NCBI GenBank assembly: GCA_964418705.1
Contig: CAYQMV010000002.1
Coordinates: 9,743-73,742, forward strand
Origin: an uncultured Sangeribacter sp.
Lineage (GTDB): Bacteria > Bacteroidota > Bacteroidia > Bacteroidales > Muribaculaceae
Direction of reading: 5' to 3'
DNA: 64,000 nt
The notes under the pieces were generated by a model. It searched no databases. It was not told the DNA's origin and was given only the letters and a program-made list of their open reading frames with translations. Both the position numbers and the translations under genes were made by a program. This document shows, one piece after another, positions 35,866-45,815 of this stretch (positions are counted from its first letter, which is position 1; every line of letters starts with the position of its first letter).

Positions 35866-37311
35866 ATGAAGCACAATATTTTTTCGGCACGCGGCTTGAA
35901 GAGCCTGGCGATGCTCTCTTTATCGGTTTTCACTTTTATCCTTCCCTCATGTAAAGATGACAACGGCGGTGCGGAGCCCGACCCTACGCCCGTGGAGTGT
36001 AAAGTGGCATCATCCTCTGTGATGGAGAATGAGGTGATCGACTACACCACCACAAGTATCACCCTTGAATATACCTCCGAAATCATAGTTAATTCCTCCG
36101 CTTCGCTTTCCGTCACTCTCAACGGCGAGAAGGTGCAATCCTCCGCTTCCGGAAAGGTACTTACCATAAGCGTCAACCTATCAGCAAACAAAAATTATAC
36201 GCTGGTTGTCCCGCAGCGTTATATCCTGGGCAAATCCTCCTCCTCGTTCGCCGCGGCGTACACTCTGAATTTCGCCACCGCCGCGATCCCCGACGTGGCT
36301 ACGGACTACGCCGAGCTTTCCAATGCTTCCGCCACCGCTGAGGCTAAGAATGTCTATAAATATCTTATCTCACAGAATGGCAAAAAGGTGCTTTCCGGAG
36401 CCATGGCGAATGTGAACAACAACAATGATTTTGCCGGATGGATTTATAAAAACACCGGCAAATACCCCGCGCTCACTTGCTACGACTTCATCCATCTCAC
36501 CTATTCCGGACAGAATTGGATAGACTATAGCGACATCACCCCCGCCAAGACCCAATGGGACAACAACGGCGTGGTGGCTTATATGTGGCATTGGCGCGTG
36601 CCCCAGTCGCAAGCCGACTATCAAAACAAGAACTACGATGCCTATAGCTACAACGGCTCTTTCGACATCGAGGCAGCCCTTACCGCCGGAACGTGGCAGA
36701 ACGAGTGCATCAACGCCGACATAGCCAAAGTGGCGGGTTATCTCAAATTGCTCAAAGACCAAAACATCCCCGTGATTTGGCGTCCGCTCCATGAGGCCGC
36801 CGGCGATTACTCGTGGGGTTCCTGGTTCTGGTGGGGAAGCAAAGGCACCGAGCTTACAAAACGCCTTTGGGTGTATCTCTACAACAAACTTACCAACGAA
36901 TATGGCTTGAACAACCTTATTTGGGTGTGGACGGTGCAAACCACCGACGCCGGAGCCGTGGCTAACATCTCCAAGATACAATCCGCATATCCCGGCAACG
37001 ACTACGTGGACATCGTGGGCACAGACGTGTATGAGGAGAACAACGACTCCCATAAGGATCTCTACAATCTTCTTCTCTCCATGACTTCCGGCAAAAAGAT
37101 GGTCACTCTCGCCGAGGTGGGACGCATCCCCAATCCCGACACTTGCATTGGCGACGGCGCTAATTGGTCGTGGTTCATGCTTTGGTACACCAACGACATC
37201 CACAAGTCCACCGCCACCGAGGATTATTTCGGCAATTCCGTAAGTTTCCTCAAACAAGTGATGACAAGCTCACACGTGATCACCCGCGACCAAATGCCTT
37301 CGTTGAAATAA
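35866..37311 (+). CDS. GH26 beta-mannanase lipoprotein with N-terminal Ig-like domain
   Basis: Lipobox LPSCKDD. GH26 signature WRPLHEAAGDYSWGSWFWWG. Confidence 0.85.
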   Translation: MKHNIFSARGLKSLAMLSLSVFTFILPSCKDDNGGAEPDPTPVECKVASSSVMENEVIDYTTTSITLEYTSEIIVNSSASLSVTLNGEKVQSSASGKVLTISVNLSANKNYTLVVPQRYILGKSSSSFAAAYTLNFATAAIPDVATDYAELSNASATAEAKNVYKYLISQNGKKVLSGAMANVNNNNDFAGWIYKNTGKYPALTCYDFIHLTYSGQNWIDYSDITPAKTQWDNNGVVAYMWHWRVPQSQADYQNKNYDAYSYNGSFDIEAALTAGTWQNECINADIAKVAGYLKLLKDQNIPVIWRPLHEAAGDYSWGSWFWWGSKGTELTKRLWVYLYNKLTNEYGLNNLIWVWTVQTTDAGAVANISKIQSAYPGNDYVDIVGTDVYEENNDSHKDLYNLLLSMTSGKKMVTLAEVGRIPNPDTCIGDGANWSWFMLWYTNDIHKSTATEDYFGNSVSFLKQVMTSSHVITRDQMPSLK

Positions 37312-37334
37312 CCATAAAACGCTATTAGGAAAAG

Positions 37335-39785
37335 ATGAAGCAATACGGACATTTCGACGATGCCAACCGCGAGTATGTGATCAGCGAACCTCGCACTCCG
37401 TGGCCATGGATTAATTATCTCGGCACGGAGGATTTCTTCTCCCTCATCTCCAACACCGCCGGCGGCTACGCGTTCTATAAGGATGCCAAGTACCGCCGCA
37501 TCACGCGCTACCGCTACAACGGGGTGCCCATGGATGCCGGCGGCAGATATTTCTACATTAAAGACAAGGAGACAGTGTGGAATCCGGGATGGAAGCCATG
37601 CAAGACCCCACTCGACAAATATGAGTGCCGCCACGGTATGAACTACACACGCATCCACGGCGAGAAGAACGGCGTGGCGGCGGATATGCTCCTCTTTGTC
37701 CCGTTGAAGACGCACGCGGAGGTGACTAAATTCACTCTCACCAACAAATCCGGAGAGCGCAAATCATTGAAACTTTTCTCTTTTGTGGAGTGGTGTCTGT
37801 GGAACGCATCCACGGATATGGAGAATTTCCAGCGCAATTTCTCCACCGGGGAGGTTGAGGTGGATGGATCCACCATCTATCATAAGACGGAGTATAAGGA
37901 ACGCCGCAACCACTATGCGTTCTATCATGTCAATACTCCAGTGTCGGGCTACGACACTGACAGGGAGTCTTTCCTCGGGCTATACAATGGTTTCGATGAG
38001 CCTCAAGTGGTGGAGGAGGGCGCTTCGCGCAACTCCGTGGCACATGGATGGTCGCCGATAGCGTCGCACTATATTGAGGTGGAGCTTCTTCCCGGAGAGA
38101 GCCGCGATTTCATTTTCATCCTCGGATACGTGGAGAACCCACAGGAGGAGAAATGGGAATCCAAAGGTGTGGTCAACAAACGCCGCGCGCATGAGATTAT
38201 ATCGCAATTAGACAGTGTGGAGAAGGTGGACGCCGCGTTCTCCGCACTCCGTTCCTATTGGGACGAATTATTGTCGGTGTTCACCGTCAAGAGCGGAGAC
38301 TCCCGCTTGGACCGCATGGTCAATATTTGGAATCAATATCAGTGCATGATCACCTTCTGCTTCTCGCGTTCCGCGTCGTTTTTCGAGAGCGGGATAGGAC
38401 GCGGAATGGGTTTCCGCGATTCCAACCAGGATTTGGTGGGATTCGTGCATCAGATACCGCAGAGGGCGCGTCAGCGTATCCTCGACATCGCCGCCACCCA
38501 ATTCCCCGATGGAGGGTGCTACCATCAGTACCAGCCCCTCACCAAACGCGGCAACAACGACATCGGCGGCGGTTTCAACGACGACCCGATGTGGCTTGTG
38601 TTCGGAACCATGGCGTACATACGGGAGACCGGCGATTTCTCAATCCTTGAGGAGCCGGTGCCTTTCGATAATGTGACGGGGAGCGAACGTTCGTTGATGC
38701 ACCACCTTAAAGTGTCGGTGAACCATGTGGTGGAGAATCTCGGACCTCATGGATTACCCCTTATCGGACGTGCCGATTGGAACGATTGCCTCAATCTCAA
38801 TTGCTTCTCCATGGATCCCGATGAGTCGTTCCAGACCACGGAGAATAAGACCGAGGGGAGCCGTGCGGAATCGCTGATGATCGCCGGCCAGTTCGTGATC
38901 TACGGCAACGACTATGTGGAGCTATGCCGCCATTTGGGAGATGATGCCGAAGCGGAGCGCGTGGGGCGGTGCGTGGCAGAAATGACCGAGGCGGTGAAAC
39001 GCTACGGATGGGACGGCGAATGGTTCCTACGCGCCTACGATTACTTCGGCAATAAGGTCGGAAGCAGTGAGAATAAAGAGGGTAAGATTTTCATAGAGAG
39101 CCAGGGATGGTGCTCCATGGCGGGAATAGGACTTTCCGACGGAATGGTGGAGAAATCCCTTGATTCTGTGAAGAAGTACCTTGACTGCGAGCATGGCATC
39201 GTGCTCAACAACCCCGCGTTCACTGAGTATGTCCCGGAGTATGGCGAGATTTCAACATACCCCGCCGGATATAAGGAGAACGCCGGCATCTTTGCGCACA
39301 ACAATCCATGGGTGATTATCGGCGAGACGGTGCTCGGCAGAGGCGATAGGGCATGGGAGTATTATTGCAAAATCTCTCCGGCGTACCTACAGGATAAGCA
39401 GGAGCTTCACCGCGTGGAGCCATACGTCTACAGCCAGATGACCGCGGGCAAGGATGCCGCGCTCCCCGGCGAGGCGAAGAACTCATGGCTCACCGGCACC
39501 GCCGCATGGAACTGGTACGCCGTCACCGAGTTTATCCTCGGCGTGCGTCCCTCCCTCGACGGATTGACGATGGATCCATGCATTCCGGCGGAGTGGAAAG
39601 AATATGAGGTGGCGCGCCGTTTCCGCGGTGCCGACTACCACATCAAGGTGCTAAACCCCGATGGTGTAAACAAAGGGGTGAAGAGTGTTACCCTTAATGG
39701 GACACTTTTGCCGGGGAACGTCATCCCCGCGCTTAAGGAGAATGAGGGTAAAGTTAATCTCGTGGAGGTCATCTTAGGCAAGTAG
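37335..39785 (+). CDS. GH94 disaccharide phosphorylase (cellobiose-phosphorylase-like), cytoplasmic
   Basis: The N-terminus [27 protein letters not shown]...[20 protein letters not shown] closely resembles cellobiose phosphorylases. Catalytic-region [11 protein letters not shown] is present. 816 aa with no signal peptide. Confidence 0.85.
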   Translation: MKQYGHFDDANREYVISEPRTPWPWINYLGTEDFFSLISNTAGGYAFYKDAKYRRITRYRYNGVPMDAGGRYFYIKDKETVWNPGWKPCKTPLDKYECRHGMNYTRIHGEKNGVAADMLLFVPLKTHAEVTKFTLTNKSGERKSLKLFSFVEWCLWNASTDMENFQRNFSTGEVEVDGSTIYHKTEYKERRNHYAFYHVNTPVSGYDTDRESFLGLYNGFDEPQVVEEGASRNSVAHGWSPIASHYIEVELLPGESRDFIFILGYVENPQEEKWESKGVVNKRRAHEIISQLDSVEKVDAAFSALRSYWDELLSVFTVKSGDSRLDRMVNIWNQYQCMITFCFSRSASFFESGIGRGMGFRDSNQDLVGFVHQIPQRARQRILDIAATQFPDGGCYHQYQPLTKRGNNDIGGGFNDDPMWLVFGTMAYIRETGDFSILEEPVPFDNVTGSERSLMHHLKVSVNHVVENLGPHGLPLIGRADWNDCLNLNCFSMDPDESFQTTENKTEGSRAESLMIAGQFVIYGNDYVELCRHLGDDAEAERVGRCVAEMTEAVKRYGWDGEWFLRAYDYFGNKVGSSENKEGKIFIESQGWCSMAGIGLSDGMVEKSLDSVKKYLDCEHGIVLNNPAFTEYVPEYGEISTYPAGYKENAGIFAHNNPWVIIGETVLGRGDRAWEYYCKISPAYLQDKQELHRVEPYVYSQMTAGKDAALPGEAKNSWLTGTAAWNWYAVTEFILGVRPSLDGLTMDPCIPAEWKEYEVARRFRGADYHIKVLNPDGVNKGVKSVTLNGTLLPGNVIPALKENEGKVNLVEVILGK

Positions 39786-39858
39786 CGTTGCCGGAGTGTG
39801 ACTCCGCGGAGAAGTAGAACTACAGGAGATAAAAAGAATAGGAAAACTACGGAAACGT

Positions 39859-40980
39859 ATGAAAAGATATAAATTTTGGGCTATGGCATTGATGCTTTCA
39901 AGCGTGGTGTCCTCCGGATGCGCCACCGAACATCATAAGGGAGGCGTAGTGGCGGAGAGCGCCGGGGCTACGGAGCATCTGTATTCACGTCTGCGCTGCG
40001 TGGTTGATTCCGGCAAATTCATTTTCGGACACCACGACGACACCGCCTACGGACACACATGGAGCTACCAAGAGGGACGTTCCGATGTGAGGGAGGTGGC
40101 CGGTGATTACCCCGGTTTGATGAATTGGGATTTGGGCCTTGTGGAGTATGGGGCGGATAAGGAACTTGACGGAGTTCCGTTCGACTTCATCCGAGATGAG
40201 GTGAGGAAGCAGGATGCCCGCGGCGGCATCAATTCCTTCAGTTGGCATGTGCGTAATCCCGCCACCGGCGGCGATTCATGGGACACCTCTTTGTGCAAAG
40301 TGCATGAGATAGTGACCCCCGGCACCGCGCTCAACGACACCGTCACTCTCTGGCTTAACCGTTGCGCCGATTTCCTCCTCTCTCTCAAGGATGGGAAAGG
40401 GGAACGTATTCCGGTGCTTTTCCGTCCCTGGCATGAGCATACAGGCTCGTGGTTCTGGTGGGGTAAGGATTTGTGTTCCGCCGACGATTACAAGGCGTTG
40501 TGGAAGTTGACTCGTGAAGTGTTCGACAAAAAGGGCGTTGACAACATCCTTTGGGTCTATTCCCCCGACAATATCCGCTCCGCGGAGGAGTACACCGAAC
40601 GCTATCCCGGCGATGAGTATGTGGATGTGCTTGGTGCCGACGTGTATCATTACAACGCCGCGGAGGGACTTGAGGATTATCTCACCCGCGCCCGCCGTCA
40701 GCTCGACGCCGCCACGGCGTTGTCGCATAAAAACCATAAGCTCGTCACTCTAAGCGAGACCGGCGCGGAGTCCATTCCGATGGAGAATTGGTGGACGGAG
40801 GTGCTGCTCCCACTGTGCTCGGAGTATAACATCGCCTACGTGTGCGTGTGGAGAAACGCCTGCGACAAACCACAGCACTTCTATGCCCCTTTCCCGGAGC
40901 AGAAATCGGCGGCATCTTTTATTCAGTTTTACAATAATCCAAAAACTTTGTTCGCCAAAGATTTGAAGGCGTTTAAGTAG
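39859..40980 (+). CDS. GH26 beta-mannanase lipoprotein
   Basis: Lipobox VSSGCA. GH26 signature FRPWHEHTGSWFWWG. Confidence 0.85.
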   Translation: MKRYKFWAMALMLSSVVSSGCATEHHKGGVVAESAGATEHLYSRLRCVVDSGKFIFGHHDDTAYGHTWSYQEGRSDVREVAGDYPGLMNWDLGLVEYGADKELDGVPFDFIRDEVRKQDARGGINSFSWHVRNPATGGDSWDTSLCKVHEIVTPGTALNDTVTLWLNRCADFLLSLKDGKGERIPVLFRPWHEHTGSWFWWGKDLCSADDYKALWKLTREVFDKKGVDNILWVYSPDNIRSAEEYTERYPGDEYVDVLGADVYHYNAAEGLEDYLTRARRQLDAATALSHKNHKLVTLSETGAESIPMENWWTEVLLPLCSEYNIAYVCVWRNACDKPQHFYAPFPEQKSAASFIQFYNNPKTLFAKDLKAFK

Positions 40981-41027
40981 AGCCTTTATGTAAAGTTCTT
41001 GATTTAAAAAACAGGTAAATCTCTTGA

Positions 41028-41078
41028 TTAGAGCCTACAGATAATCAGAGCATACAAATAGTCAGAGAATATAAATAG
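41028..41078 (+). repeat. Tandem array, 3 x 17 bp (TCAGAGCATACAAATAG-type)
   Basis: Units lie at 41028-41044, 41045-41061 and 41062-41078. The array ends 18 nt before the GH130 ATG. Confidence 0.8.
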
Positions 41079-41096
41079 AAAATTATTTTTAAAGAT

Positions 41097-42272
41097 ATGA
41101 ATGATATATTCAATTCACGCAAAGAGATGGTGATGGCACGCTATGAGGAGCTTGTCACCCGAAAAAATCATCCTATGGAGGGTAACGGAGTGATTACCCG
41201 CTACGAGAATCCGGTGGTCACCGCGGAGATGGTGCCCCCATTTTGGAAATATGATTTCAATCCCGCCACAAATCCATATTTCATGGAGCGCAACGGTGTC
41301 AATGCGACTCTTAACGCCGGAGCGATAAAATGGCAAGGAAAATATATATTGGTGGTACGTGTTGAGGGTAACGACCGCAAATCCTTCTTCGCGGTGGCTG
41401 AAAGCCCCAACGGAGTAGACAATTTCCGTTTCTGGGACCATCCCATCACTATGCCCGACACTGAGGATGTCGGCACCAATGTGTATGATATGCGACTCAC
41501 CAACCACGAGGATGGCTGGATCTACGGACTTTTCTGTGTGGAGCGTCATGATGATTCACAACCCAACGACCTCTCCGCGGCTACCGCCACTTGCGGTATA
41601 GCACGTACCAAAGACCTCAAGACATGGGAGCGTCTTCCCGACCTCAAATGCAAGTGCCAACAGCGCAATGTGGTGCTTCATCCGGAGTTTGTGGATGGCA
41701 AATATGCGCTCTACACACGTCCTCAGGATGGCTTCATCGACGCTGGAAGCGGCGGCGGCATCGGATGGACTCTCATCGATGATATCGCCCACGCCGAGAT
41801 CACACGTGAGGAGAAAATCATCGACCAACGCATCTACCACACTATCAAGGAGTGCAAAAACGGTGAGGGCCCGCACCCCATCAAGACCTCCAAAGGATGG
41901 CTGCACTTGGCACACGGCGTGCGCGGCTGCGCTTCCGGCTTGAGATACGTGCTTTATATGTATATGACGGCGCTCGACGAACCATGGCGCAAAATCGCGT
42001 CTCCCGGCGGATATTTCATGGCTCCGGTGGGGGAGGAGTACCTCGGCGACGTGATGAACGTGCTTTTCACCAACGGATGGATCGCCGATGAGGATGGCAA
42101 GGTCTTTATCTACTATGCCTCGTCCGACACACGTATGCACGTGGCTACCTCCACTATCGACCAATTGGTGGACTATTGCATGAACACTCCGGAGGATGGA
42201 CTCACCACCGCCGAGTCAGTGAAGACACGCAATCTTTTGATCGATAGCAATCTTCGATTCATGAATAAATAA
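41097..42272 (+). CDS. GH130 beta-1,4-mannosylglucose phosphorylase-like enzyme
   Basis: About 390 aa and cytoplasmic, with the GH130-type blocks [19 protein letters not shown] and YYASSD. It sits between GH26 and a symporter/epimerase, as in the described Bacteroides fragilis mannan operon. Confidence 0.85.
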   Translation: MNDIFNSRKEMVMARYEELVTRKNHPMEGNGVITRYENPVVTAEMVPPFWKYDFNPATNPYFMERNGVNATLNAGAIKWQGKYILVVRVEGNDRKSFFAVAESPNGVDNFRFWDHPITMPDTEDVGTNVYDMRLTNHEDGWIYGLFCVERHDDSQPNDLSAATATCGIARTKDLKTWERLPDLKCKCQQRNVVLHPEFVDGKYALYTRPQDGFIDAGSGGGIGWTLIDDIAHAEITREEKIIDQRIYHTIKECKNGEGPHPIKTSKGWLHLAHGVRGCASGLRYVLYMYMTALDEPWRKIASPGGYFMAPVGEEYLGDVMNVLFTNGWIADEDGKVFIYYASSDTRMHVATSTIDQLVDYCMNTPEDGLTTAESVKTRNLLIDSNLRFMNK

Positions 42273-42285
42273 TAAGATAAATTAT

Positions 42286-43689
42286 ATGGCCTCTTTAAAA
42301 GAGAAAATAGGTTATGGCTTCGGCGATATGTCGTCGTCGATGTTCTGGAAGATATTCAGTTGCTATCTTCCGTTCTTCTATTCCAACGTGTTTGGATTGA
42401 GCCTTGTGGATGCCGGTGTGCTGATGTTGGTATGCCGTATATGGGACGCGGTGTCGGATCCTATGATGGGGATCGTCGCCGACCGCACCAAAACTCGCTG
42501 GGGTAAATACCGCCCGTATCTGTTGTGGGTGGCTGCCCCGTTCTCTATTTGCGGCATATTGCTCTTCACGACTCCGGATGTCGCCTATGCCGGGAAGTTG
42601 ATATGGGCGTATGTGACTTATATCTTGATGATGACCGTCTATACCGGCATCAACGTGCCTTACGGCGCGATGCTCGGCGTGATGTGCGACAATCCTGAAG
42701 AGAAGACCGTTTTCTCCGCCTATCGAATGACCTTCGCCTATGCCGGGTCGTTTGTGGCGTTGTTTGCATGGGAACCTCTGTGCAACATGTTTAAAGAGTC
42801 GTTGGGATTCTCCACCGCCACCAGTTGGCAATGGTCAATGATTGTAATCGCCGCCGGATGCTTCGTCCTCTTCCTGTGCTGCTTCGCGCTGACACGCGAG
42901 CATCTGAAGACGGTGTCCACCTCCTCCGTGGGGAATGACTTCAAGGATTTGTTGAAAAACAAACCTTGGTGGCTGCTCGTGGGTGCGGCGCTATGCTTCA
43001 ACCTCGCCAACACATTCCGCTACGCGGGTATCCCTTATTTCTTCTCCGACATCATAGGCGACGCCGCATTCTTGGATTTCGGCCCCTTTGGTAATCTGCT
43101 TTTCTATTCGGGACTCTTCCTTGGCGTGGGTGAGATCGCCAACATGGTAGGCGTGGTTCTCGCCGTGCCCATCACCAAGAAGATAGGAAAGAAATCCACT
43201 TTCATCATGGTGGCGTTGGCGTTCGCCGCGCTCAACCTCCTCTTCTGGACATTGCCGGTGAACGGCGCCGGATTCTGGATGATGATGGTGCTTCAGGTGG
43301 TGATCTCCATATTCACCGGCATCATGTCGCCGTTGGTATGGTCGATGTACGCCGATGTCAGCGACTATGCGGAGCATAAATTCAAGACCGCGTCCACGGG
43401 ATTGGTGTTCTCCTCTGCGTCCATGGCGCAGAAGTTCGGTGGCGCTTTCGGTGGTGCCGCGGTGATGTGGTTCCTCGACGCCGCCGGGTATATCACTCCG
43501 CAGGATGGGGTGGTGGTGGCGCAACCCTCATCCGCCATTGAGTGTATATGGATGATGATGTCGCTCTTCCCCGCCGTGGTGGCTGTGATCACCGCCGGAT
43601 TCGTCTGGATGTATCCTCTCACCACCAAACGCGTGAATGAAATCGTGGCGGCGCTGAAAGTGGAGCGTGCCAACAAAATTGAAAACTAA
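42286..43689 (+). CDS. Glycoside-pentoside-hexuronide (GPH/MFS) cation symporter
   Basis: About 12 hydrophobic segments. The N-terminal EKIGYGFGDMSS..FW motif is typical of GPH transporters. Confidence 0.85.
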   Translation: MASLKEKIGYGFGDMSSSMFWKIFSCYLPFFYSNVFGLSLVDAGVLMLVCRIWDAVSDPMMGIVADRTKTRWGKYRPYLLWVAAPFSICGILLFTTPDVAYAGKLIWAYVTYILMMTVYTGINVPYGAMLGVMCDNPEEKTVFSAYRMTFAYAGSFVALFAWEPLCNMFKESLGFSTATSWQWSMIVIAAGCFVLFLCCFALTREHLKTVSTSSVGNDFKDLLKNKPWWLLVGAALCFNLANTFRYAGIPYFFSDIIGDAAFLDFGPFGNLLFYSGLFLGVGEIANMVGVVLAVPITKKIGKKSTFIMVALAFAALNLLFWTLPVNGAGFWMMMVLQVVISIFTGIMSPLVWSMYADVSDYAEHKFKTASTGLVFSSASMAQKFGGAFGGAAVMWFLDAAGYITPQDGVVVAQPSSAIECIWMMMSLFPAVVAVITAGFVWMYPLTTKRVNEIVAALKVERANKIEN

Positions 43690-43694
43690 CGAAT

Positions 43695-44873
43695 ATGAGA
43701 GTACAATTTCGGGAGGAGCTTAAATCGGAGCTCCGCGATAATATTCTTAATTATTGGATGACAAAAATGGTGGATCCCCGCGGCGGTTTTTACGGTCGTC
43801 GCGACGGATCCGACAATCTCCATGCTTCTGATCCCAAGGGCGCGGTGCTCAACGCCCGAATCCTTTGGTCATTCTCCGCCGCCTACCGGGTGATGGGGGA
43901 TGCGGAGTATCTGGAGACCGCCACGCGCGCCAAACGTGAAATCATCGACAGATTCTACGATAAGGAGTTCGGCGGCATATATTGGTCGTTGGACAGCGAG
44001 GGGAATCCCCTCGACACCAAGAAGCAGTTCTATGCTTTGGGCTTCGCGATCTATGGTTTGTCGGAGTATTCCCGCGCCACCGGAGACAAGGAGGCTTTGG
44101 AGTATGCCATAAAGCTCTTCCACGACATCGAGACCCACAGCCGCGATATGGAACGCGGAGGATACTACGAGGCCCGGACGCGCGACTGGCAACCTATCGG
44201 GGATATGCGTCTCAGCGATAAGGACGACAATGCGTCGAAGACAATGAACACACACTTGCATATCATCGAGCCTTACACGAATCTTTTGCGTGTGTGGCGT
44301 GATGAGGAGCTTCTCAGCGCCACCAAATCGCTGCTCCGCATCTTCATCGACAAGATTATGGCGTCGGGGAAACGCGGACACCTGGGACTCTTCTTCGATG
44401 ACGAGTGGAACCGCCGTGATGATGAGATTTCCTACGGACACGACATAGAAGCGTCGTGGTTGCTGCTGGAGTCGGCTCAGGTGATCGGCGACGAGGCACT
44501 TTTGCAGGAGACCCTCGCCGCCACACGCCGCATCGCGGATGCCGCCCTTGAGGGCAGATGCGTGGATGGCTCCATGGTCTACGAACGCCATGCCGACGGC
44601 ACTTACGACAATGACAAGCATTGGTGGGTGCAGGCGGAGTGCGTCATAGGTCAGGTATATCAATATCTGTTCCACGGACGCGGGGAGATGCTCTCCTCCG
44701 CGGTGCAATCATGGGAGTATATCAAAGCGAATATCGTGGATAAGGAGTGCGGCGAATGGCTCTGGAGCCGTAAAGGGTCGGAGGCTAACCGCGGCGACGA
44801 CAAAGCGGGATTCTGGAAGTGTCCCTACCATAATTCACGTATGTGCCTTGAGATTATCGAACGTTTGTCGTAG
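43695..44873 (+). CDS. AGE-superfamily epimerase, cellobiose/mannobiose 2-epimerase-like
   Basis: About 390 aa with alpha/alpha-barrel-type repeats (GGFY..., GGIYWS..., GGYYEA...). Synteny with GH130 and the symporter. Confidence 0.8.
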   Translation: MRVQFREELKSELRDNILNYWMTKMVDPRGGFYGRRDGSDNLHASDPKGAVLNARILWSFSAAYRVMGDAEYLETATRAKREIIDRFYDKEFGGIYWSLDSEGNPLDTKKQFYALGFAIYGLSEYSRATGDKEALEYAIKLFHDIETHSRDMERGGYYEARTRDWQPIGDMRLSDKDDNASKTMNTHLHIIEPYTNLLRVWRDEELLSATKSLLRIFIDKIMASGKRGHLGLFFDDEWNRRDDEISYGHDIEASWLLLESAQVIGDEALLQETLAATRRIADAALEGRCVDGSMVYERHADGTYDNDKHWWVQAECVIGQVYQYLFHGRGEMLSSAVQSWEYIKANIVDKECGEWLWSRKGSEANRGDDKAGFWKCPYHNSRMCLEIIERLS

Positions 44874-44882
44874 CGGCGGTAT

Positions 44883-45509
44883 ATGATGGAGATTAAAGGG
44901 CTTATCGAAGGGGCATGGGCGCGTGTGGAGCATTTGTTCCTCAAATACTACACTCCCGGCGATCCACTGCTTGAGGTGGTGAAGCTTCATAGCATGGGTG
45001 TCGCTCGCAAAGCGTTGGAGTGCGGCGCGCGTCTTGTGGCGGAGGGTGTCTCTGTGGATATGGAGTTTGTGGCGGAGGCGGCGTTGCTGCACGATATCGG
45101 TGTGGTGATGTGCGACGCTCCCTCCATCCATTGCCATGGGACACATCCCTATATCTGCCATGGAGTGCTGGGACGGAGGATCCTGGAGAACGAGGGTATG
45201 CCGCGCCACGCCATGGTGTGTGAACACCACACCGGCTCCGGACTGACGGTGGAGGATATCAAGGCGCAGAACCTCCCGTTGCCCTTGCGCGACATGACCC
45301 CTACGACCACGGAGGAGCGTCTGATATGCTATGCGGATAAGTTCTTCTCCAAATCGGGTGACGTGGAGCGTGAGAAACCCTTTGAAGAGGTCTGTGCTTC
45401 CATGGCGCGCCATGGCGAGGATTCGTTGCGCCGTTTCCTTGAATTAGACGGCATCGTGGGGATGGGAAGAGAGAATCCACCCCGTAGCCCCCAAAATGGC
45501 AAGAATTGA
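44883..45509 (+). CDS. HD-domain phosphohydrolase
   Basis: Contains the LLHDIG motif and downstream H...HH residues (CEHHTGSG). Confidence 0.75.
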   Translation: MMEIKGLIEGAWARVEHLFLKYYTPGDPLLEVVKLHSMGVARKALECGARLVAEGVSVDMEFVAEAALLHDIGVVMCDAPSIHCHGTHPYICHGVLGRRILENEGMPRHAMVCEHHTGSGLTVEDIKAQNLPLPLRDMTPTTTEERLICYADKFFSKSGDVEREKPFEEVCASMARHGEDSLRRFLELDGIVGMGRENPPRSPQNGKN

Positions 45510-45547
45510 AATTTTATGTGATAATAAGATAACAAATTGGTTTGAAA

Positions 45548-45590
45548 AAGCAGGGAAATAGATTCATATTTCTCTGCTTTTATCTTTTGT
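45548..45590 (+). terminator. Rho-independent terminator ending the mannan/HD transcription unit
   Basis: aagcagggaaata pairs with tatttctctgctt (one mismatch). It is followed by ttatctttt. Confidence 0.7.
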
Positions 45591-45636
45591 GCGAGTCCGT
45601 TGTCAATTGAAATTGACTGAAAAAGTGCTTTTTAAA

Positions 45637-45668
45637 TTTGGAAAATTTGAAAATAGCTGTTAAATTTG
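45637..45668 (+). promoter_or_regulatory. Promoter of paralog 1 (-33 TTTG, 20-nt spacer, -7 TAAATTTG)
   Basis: TTTG at 45637-45640 and TAAATTTG at 45661-45668. The architecture matches 49587-49618 upstream of paralog 2. Confidence 0.6.
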
Positions 45669-45815
45669 CAGCGTGTTGGGGATTTTTGATATTCAACACA
45701 ACGATTGTGCATCGCATTAAATTTATAATATTAGAACCATAATATTAAGCTTATTAATACGGTGTGGATTGAAGATATTTTAATAGAATACTAACTAATA
45801 ATAAATCAAATACGT

